Assembly: GCA_029550865.1 (NCBI GenBank)
Contig: JAKPGM010000079.1
Span: 27,323 to 91,322, forward strand
DNA from: Bacteroidota bacterium
GTDB lineage: Bacteria; Bacteroidota; Bacteroidia; Bacteroidales; DTGW01
Length of the DNA: 64,000 nucleotides
Direction: 5' to 3'
Made by a program: the position numbers and the translations under genes. The notes under the pieces are model-generated. The model searched no databases, was not told the origin of the DNA, and was given only the letters and a program-made list of their open reading frames with translations. Below are positions 60,601-64,000 of the stretch, in pieces (position 1 is the stretch's first letter; each line of letters opens with the position of its first letter).

Positions 60601-63600
60601 CATATTCAGTGGTGCATCCCAGCAAACCATTACGGGAAGTGGTTCGGGTGTATTTGGTAATGTTGTGTTGAACAATACTTTTGGTATTTTGATGAAGGAC
60701 GATAGCCGAATCAATGGTAAGCTTACCTTCCTGGCAGGTACACTTTATATAGATGATTACCTGCTCACTTTTGGACCCGATGCTACCATTGGTGGCCTGC
60801 CCGATGCTACCCGTTGTATCATACTTAATGGAGCTTTGAGCGACAAAGGGGTACGCAAATATTTTAACAGTGGCGATAGTAATCCTTTTACTTATCCCAT
60901 TGGCATATCCGATAAATACACACCGGTAACCTTTGATTTCTCTGCCAATGATGCTAATGGGTATATTACCGTAAAACCTGTTAATCAATTGCATCCCAGT
61001 GTGTTGAATGTAAATACCAGCAAGCTTTCCTATTATTGGAATGTAACTTCTGGTGGGTTAAATAACTACACAGTGTCTCATACATATCAGTATGTACAGT
61101 CCGATGTTAATGGTGTAGAGGCTGATTATGAAGGTGAACGTTTTGACAATGTTACAAATGCCTGGAGTACGGTTGGAAGTGTGAATACTACTAACAATAC
61201 GATTAATATTACTAATGTCAATTATATCGATGGTGAATACACGGCTGGCGATCAGCCCAACTATTCGGCACTGCCCGTTCTGTATTCACGTGTAACATCT
61301 GGTAATTGGAATGATGGTTCGTCCTGGTCGTATACGGCGGGGGGGGGTGGACCTGCATGCGGGTGTACGCCAAATGGCAATCCCGTTGTTATTGAAACGG
61401 GTCAAACAATTACCATCAATGCCAATGGTGCTTTTGCTTATTCGGTTGACATAAAAGGTACGCTCGATGTTAATAATACTGTCTTCCATAATTTAGGACA
61501 CATCAGTGGTGGTGGTAGGCTTTCGGTTGATGCTACCAACGATGGTGTATTTGTGCTGCCTGGTGGCGATTATGATGCCTTTTTGAATAATACAACTTCC
61601 ATCATCGAATTGGGTGGTAGTGTCGACGCCACAATGCCTTTGAAACCTGGTAATTATTACAAGCCATACAATCATCTTGAGCTTACCGGTAGCGGGCGAA
61701 AATATATCAGTGCAGAGAATTTGCGAATCAAGGGTTATCTTAGCATTGCTAACGGAACTGTGCTCGATAATAGCTTGTACGATAAGAATGTTTCCATTTA
61801 CGGTTCGTGGAATGATGCCAATGCGTCTATCAATGGATTTGTTCCAGGACAGGGTACAGTTGTTTTTGAAGGTACCAGCCAGCAATATATTAATTCGCAG
61901 TTGGATGAAAATTTCTACAACTTGCAGTTGAACAATGGTGCTGGTCTTGTCATTAGTGGTAACGGCAATGTTGTTGTGTCCAATATACTTACGCTATCCA
62001 ATGGTATTATCTCTTCGTCTACTTCGCCACAACGCATGGTAAGAATTTCTAATACTTCACCTTCGGCAATTGTAGGTGGTGGTAGTAATGCTTTTGTGGC
62101 ATGTCCGCTCAGTAAAAATATTATCAGTGGTCAATCGTTTACTTTCCCTGTTGGCGATGGCACGCGTTATGGGTACATGAGCTTGTTGAACACCAATGTA
62201 GCTTCGTCGCCACAATATTGGACGGTAAAATATTACAATGCCAATCCCTCGCCAACCTATCCTACTGATGCAGCGCATTTGCAGTCGCCTATCACTGGCG
62301 TGAGTGATAATGAATACTGGGTAGTAACACGGCCCACAGGAGGAATCGCCAACATTCGGTTGCGGTGGGATGCCACATCCTATCCTTCCTATACAGCTAG
62401 TGCTGCTTTGCGTTCAATGCTTAGAGTTGTTGAATACGGTAGTAATGTATGGGCCGAACGAAGCAATGCTGCTGGTGTGTCGGGTAATGCCGTGTCGGGA
62501 ACCATCACTACGAATGCCCCCGTTACTGCCGATGATTATGTTTTCACGATTGGGGTGAGTGGGGTTACTGCTACCATCGCAGATGTTTCGCCAGTGGAAA
62601 TATGTAACAATGGTGAGGCTGCTTCAATACCTGTGGTACTTACAGGTACTGCTCCCTGGACGCTAACCTATCGTACAACGGGAACGCCAACGCGTACATT
62701 TACACAGTCGGGTATTTCTACAAGCAATTATACCATTCAGCTTACGGGGATCGACATCGGTGGAACGGGTACCTTTGCCTTTTCCTTGATTTCGGTGACC
62801 GATGGAAATGGCATAAATGGTGTATGCAGCAATACTACCAAGCAGATTACGGTAAAGACAACCTATATCCCCTCCATTACAGGCCCAACCACCGTTGGTA
62901 GTGGGGAAACCCGCAACTATTCTACGCCTAATAATGCAGGTGCTACCTATTCCTGGACCTGGCAGGGCGCTTCGGGGGGTACCATTCAGTCGCCTACTGC
63001 AAATGCAACCAATATTGTTTTTGGTGCACCGGGTACCTATACTTTGCGGGTTACTGAGACATACAATGGATGTTCGGCTTATGACGAAGAAGTAATTGTA
63101 GTTCAAAATGTTCCAGCACCTGATATTACCCCCGCAACAGCCAATGTATGTCAAAACGACGTGGTAAATTATTCTACTGCCGCAGTGGCAGGTCATGAGT
63201 ATTATTGGACGGTTACGGGAGGTTCGTGCAGCAATTGCGATGTTTGGACAACCTCTAATACTATTACGGTAACCTGGACTACCCCTGGAACCGGTTCAGT
63301 ATCGGTTATTGAATCGACCGATGGTACGCACAGCGTAACCGGCACAGATACGAAAAATTATAACATAAGTGCGACAATCAATGCTTATACTGTATCTGCT
63401 GCAGCACCCACGATATGTGAAAATACATCGACCAATATTCTGCTCAGTGGGTCGCAGGTGGGTGTAACTTACCAGCTTCGCAACAACATAGATAATTCGC
63501 CCATTGGACCCAGTGTACCGGGTACGGGTGGTGCGTTATCTTTCCCAACGGGAACTCTGACTTCGACCACTACGTTCAATGTTTTAGCTTATAACTCGGG

Positions 63601-64000
63601 TTGCCAGTTACCGATGACGGGTACTCCTACGGTTACTGTACAGCCACAACCAACTATTACCCTTGTAACTGGAAATGCAGAGGTATGTGCAGGGAATACA
63701 AGTGCCTTGCTGGCTTATTCGGCTACCACGCAATCGCCTACGCAATATAGTATCGATTCTGATGCATCGGCCAATGCGGCAGGCATTAATGACGTGGTAA
63801 ATCAGACTTTGACGGCAAGTCCTATCGATATCATTGTTCCAAACAGTATTACCCCCAATACATATAACGGTGTGCTTACTGTGTCGAACGCATTGTGTAC
63901 AAGTGTAAATTATGCAATTCAGGTAATTGTGCATGCAAATCCTTCGGGAACGCTTACAAGCAGTGATCCTGATAATGAAATATGTGCTGGTGATAATGTG
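54644..64000 (+). CDS. giant secreted cell-surface repeat protein (at least 3119 aa in window; 3' end beyond the right edge), probable adhesin-like T9SS cargo
   Basis: Not in the ORF track because it is open-ended. The frame from ATG 54644 (alternative ATG 54593) is stop-free to base 64000; I checked it by hand at 54644, 57002, 61262 and 63962. Signal-peptide-like MSRWGMIISLLFGIHMLAQG, G/N/T/S-rich beta-helix-like repeats and a C-terminal Cys-bracketed Ig-like array. Confidence 0.85.
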   Translation, partial: MSRWGMIISLLFGIHMLAQGQKTWDGGAGTNNWGDANNWNPDGVPTAAQSVNINQAATINVNVPAVCASLTINAGLNSVSINILGNNSLTVGGSITYNNPNVNQTYAINVNDGTLTASSISLANTTATSRVNRLSVNNGTINVSGNINAQGNNVGENVVEITGNGTLNVEGTLQGNGYSYSLANGTVNYSSASAVALLGGVTYNNLTISGGGTKTITGGNVTVNGVLNLISGNISLGSGTNNLILNDGATIAGTFDNTRMIVCDGTGSLIKYSSTPAGFVMTYPVGTTNRYTPMTISSLSATLSGTESIAVRTVASTAPGANATDLNRYWNVVLSSGLSVSSADVSFTYINPADVGTGGDQSTYQPYIYNGTSWSIAPGASAQGIVPMSATSTPLLSGIWTAREAHTTFYSYQSGNWQSAATWTLDPSGTLYINPGNQIPSTTNDRVVILNGRYVYTTTARNVASLQINEGGILDLFSSTGHNFGDVSGKGTMRLSTLTFPNGNFAAFVSTDGGTVEYYNVSGTLQQNQYNNLVLKKADNNANNYTITLASDLTVNGKLNVVRVAGSGNMTFTIGNNATPRNIVVGGDLYVSSGGQINTFVANVVHTMSIGGNLTNYGTIRFTNRTPPVINAYYITDPTNGVVNVTFVGASNNTVSCYGTTDFNRFIVNKGVDQTYILTVYSSHVDNFRIFGRNDQTATDYDPNIENLNGVLKNIWIRNGTLKLEGNILIPSLTEGGGDNFSIPLNGALWLNGPNVEVHVTNNQNGWGNKAITLFGKLRVDQGYIDFGIGAGLVYRGTGEIEINGGLLRMSQFRPSSYSTNPKTSYKQTGGHFMVIGNPDGTYELNDPKAIFCFPFPTNSFIMTGGTITVSYATSRGAFVIGSDPSNNVVTGGTVNIVITNNNPYYFTSSAPIYNLNISKTGGTTTTVQINNVNTDGLTGTPTSITTPAMPLTVLNEMKILTGNNPIFNANNQNLFIGGTLEIQNGTTLNTGTNTVYFNGSGNQQLIINGTVSGNFNHVTLSNTSTLTLINSNPSVPIIINGNLTIGAGCTLIDNGRILQVAGNIYNSGTHFKPVSGAGSIQLIGTGNQIIGGNGNGIFNNLTLNKTGGSVTAQANFTVTGDLRLGGTAGAPARLNMGSYRLTFTADANVYDAVTGTSQTGFSNNRMIVTSGLLSDKGVTRTFTTSSLSFKYPFGVQVGANYYYLPATIQFTTAPTTLGAITITPVKSRHYLTQSTAALNCFWKTQSSGFSGITSGTLIQQYQYADAGPNLFVAAGSNELNYIPARYRYTGVWFTDNDVNKVDDGNNIILFDTDTLPQGEYTAGESSAFGAIATLYSVNDGPWNNPNTWSTTRGGTPGNGGIPNASTIVKIVDNHTVTTPVAAFAGSLFIEDGSVLDLGTVTGHNFTSLPDSGVVGTGKLRIASSNYFPQGDFGVFIGPNGGTVEYYTAGANITIPVTSDVTNLPLTNYRHLILTPATGNNITLPATDLTVYGNLTINGTGTGPNDGVRTPTTASYVYTINGNLNVNSGLLEYRNNVLQTIKVFGNLNIASGAVFRVSAAGTVVNNVLELYGKLLNDGTFDMNNTGRVYVYFKGSQNATISGGGAVYDFYNLYVDKGSDYTPVLSLQSNITTGFTNPFLNLLNGTFRVDGASVNVVLSTTSPFTIPATACLAVNNGTATVGTTNNAGDLILIGRLEVSGGMLNIGSGGNYNNDIEYASAGTPTIVVSGGTLNVNGQIRRNLNNTSGALIYSQSGGTVIVNGQNQNVTRAKLEILNASSSFTMTGGNIIIRQDGGTTYGDLYLRPSNYTVTGGTINFGDGSTAANKNFRLIAGIPLWNVEVGTATVTQTVQLYILPLTILNDLAIRGNSVFNAAGYNVTIKHALINENINASGGINVGGYRTGSASQVTTFNGTAPMLVVGNGANLTNFANLVLNSPSTLTIQNNIQVNADLTLSAGTLADNGNQIVLKGNVYNATTHTSVNGSGGIIFSGASQQTITGSGSGVFGNVVLNNTFGILMKDDSRINGKLTFLAGTLYIDDYLLTFGPDATIGGLPDATRCIILNGALSDKGVRKYFNSGDSNPFTYPIGISDKYTPVTFDFSANDANGYITVKPVNQLHPSVLNVNTSKLSYYWNVTSGGLNNYTVSHTYQYVQSDVNGVEADYEGERFDNVTNAWSTVGSVNTTNNTINITNVNYIDGEYTAGDQPNYSALPVLYSRVTSGNWNDGSSWSYTAGGGGPACGCTPNGNPVVIETGQTITINANGAFAYSVDIKGTLDVNNTVFHNLGHISGGGRLSVDATNDGVFVLPGGDYDAFLNNTTSIIELGGSVDATMPLKPGNYYKPYNHLELTGSGRKYISAENLRIKGYLSIANGTVLDNSLYDKNVSIYGSWNDANASINGFVPGQGTVVFEGTSQQYINSQLDENFYNLQLNNGAGLVISGNGNVVVSNILTLSNGIISSSTSPQRMVRISNTSPSAIVGGGSNAFVACPLSKNIISGQSFTFPVGDGTRYGYMSLLNTNVASSPQYWTVKYYNANPSPTYPTDAAHLQSPITGVSDNEYWVVTRPTGGIANIRLRWDATSYPSYTASAALRSMLRVVEYGSNVWAERSNAAGVSGNAVSGTITTNAPVTADDYVFTIGVSGVTATIADVSPVEICNNGEAASIPVVLTGTAPWTLTYRTTGTPTRTFTQSGISTSNYTIQLTGIDIGGTGTFAFSLISVTDGNGINGVCSNTTKQITVKTTYIPSITGPTTVGSGETRNYSTPNNAGATYSWTWQGASGGTIQSPTANATNIVFGAPGTYTLRVTETYNGCSAYDEEVIVVQNVPAPDITPATANVCQNDVVNYSTAAVAGHEYYWTVTGGSCSNCDVWTTSNTITVTWTTPGTGSVSVIESTDGTHSVTGTDTKNYNISATINAYTVSAAAPTICENTSTNILLSGSQVGVTYQLRNNIDNSPIGPSVPGTGGALSFPTGTLTSTTTFNVLAYNSGCQLPMTGTPTVTVQPQPTITLVTGNAEVCAGNTSALLAYSATTQSPTQYSIDSDASANAAGINDVVNQTLTASPIDIIVPNSITPNTYNGVLTVSNALCTSVNYAIQVIVHANPSGTLTSSDPDNEICAGDNV

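Noticed and set aside
60434-60994. 186-aa minus-strand ORF, with similar ones at 61493-61885 and 62663-63196, inside the giant gene
   Set aside because: They are antisense to a stop-free 9.4-kb frame. Their Ile/Cys/Arg-rich, low-complexity translations are what the reverse complement of a G/N/T-rich repeat gene would give. No independent start context is visible.
1-64000. Search for tRNA, rRNA, transposase, integrase and defence-system genes
   Set aside because: I saw no T-loop-like GGTTCGAATCC motifs or cloverleaf-sized candidates in intergenic gaps, no rRNA-like stretches, and no ORF with transposase, integrase, restriction or Cas-like motifs.

Overview
This looks like a chromosomal segment from a Bacteroidota-type genome. 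The evidence is the mutY-ssb-gldE-gldD synteny, TAnnTTTG-type -7 promoter boxes, absence of Shine-Dalgarno sequences, and roughly low-40s %GC by eye. All family calls come from reading the translated ORFs and recalling motifs; I ran no searches. About 50 protein genes are mostly housekeeping. They cover translation (valS, hisS, ettA, rsmI, TrmH-family), central and amino-acid metabolism (sucC, hom, gcvP, ltaE, purEK, folC), repair (mutY, ssb), envelope functions (anmK, glycosyltransferases, rhomboid, porin-like OMP, GH3, SGNH esterase), a two-component pair and a sigma/TPR pair. I found no rRNA, tRNA, CRISPR array, transposase or integrase. Two genes are open at the window edges and therefore absent from the ORF track: a TPP-dependent E1 dehydrogenase (1-697, minus) and a giant secreted repeat protein (54644 to beyond 64000, at least 3119 codons). 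The second-look items are: (1) the giant surface-protein gene, with about 0.9-kaa super-repeats, a C-terminal Cys-bracketed Ig-like array, in-frame G7/G6/G9 homopolymers and phased A-tracts upstream. (2) A family of about 105-137-bp intergenic inverted-repeat elements, at least 7 copies. They sit next to or overlap gene starts, split a sigma/TPR gene pair and create false ORFs. (3) A visibly AT-richer three-gene cluster (42549-45224) encoding an OM-barrel-like protein, a lipoprotein and a beta-propeller of unknown function. None of these can be given a function from sequence alone.
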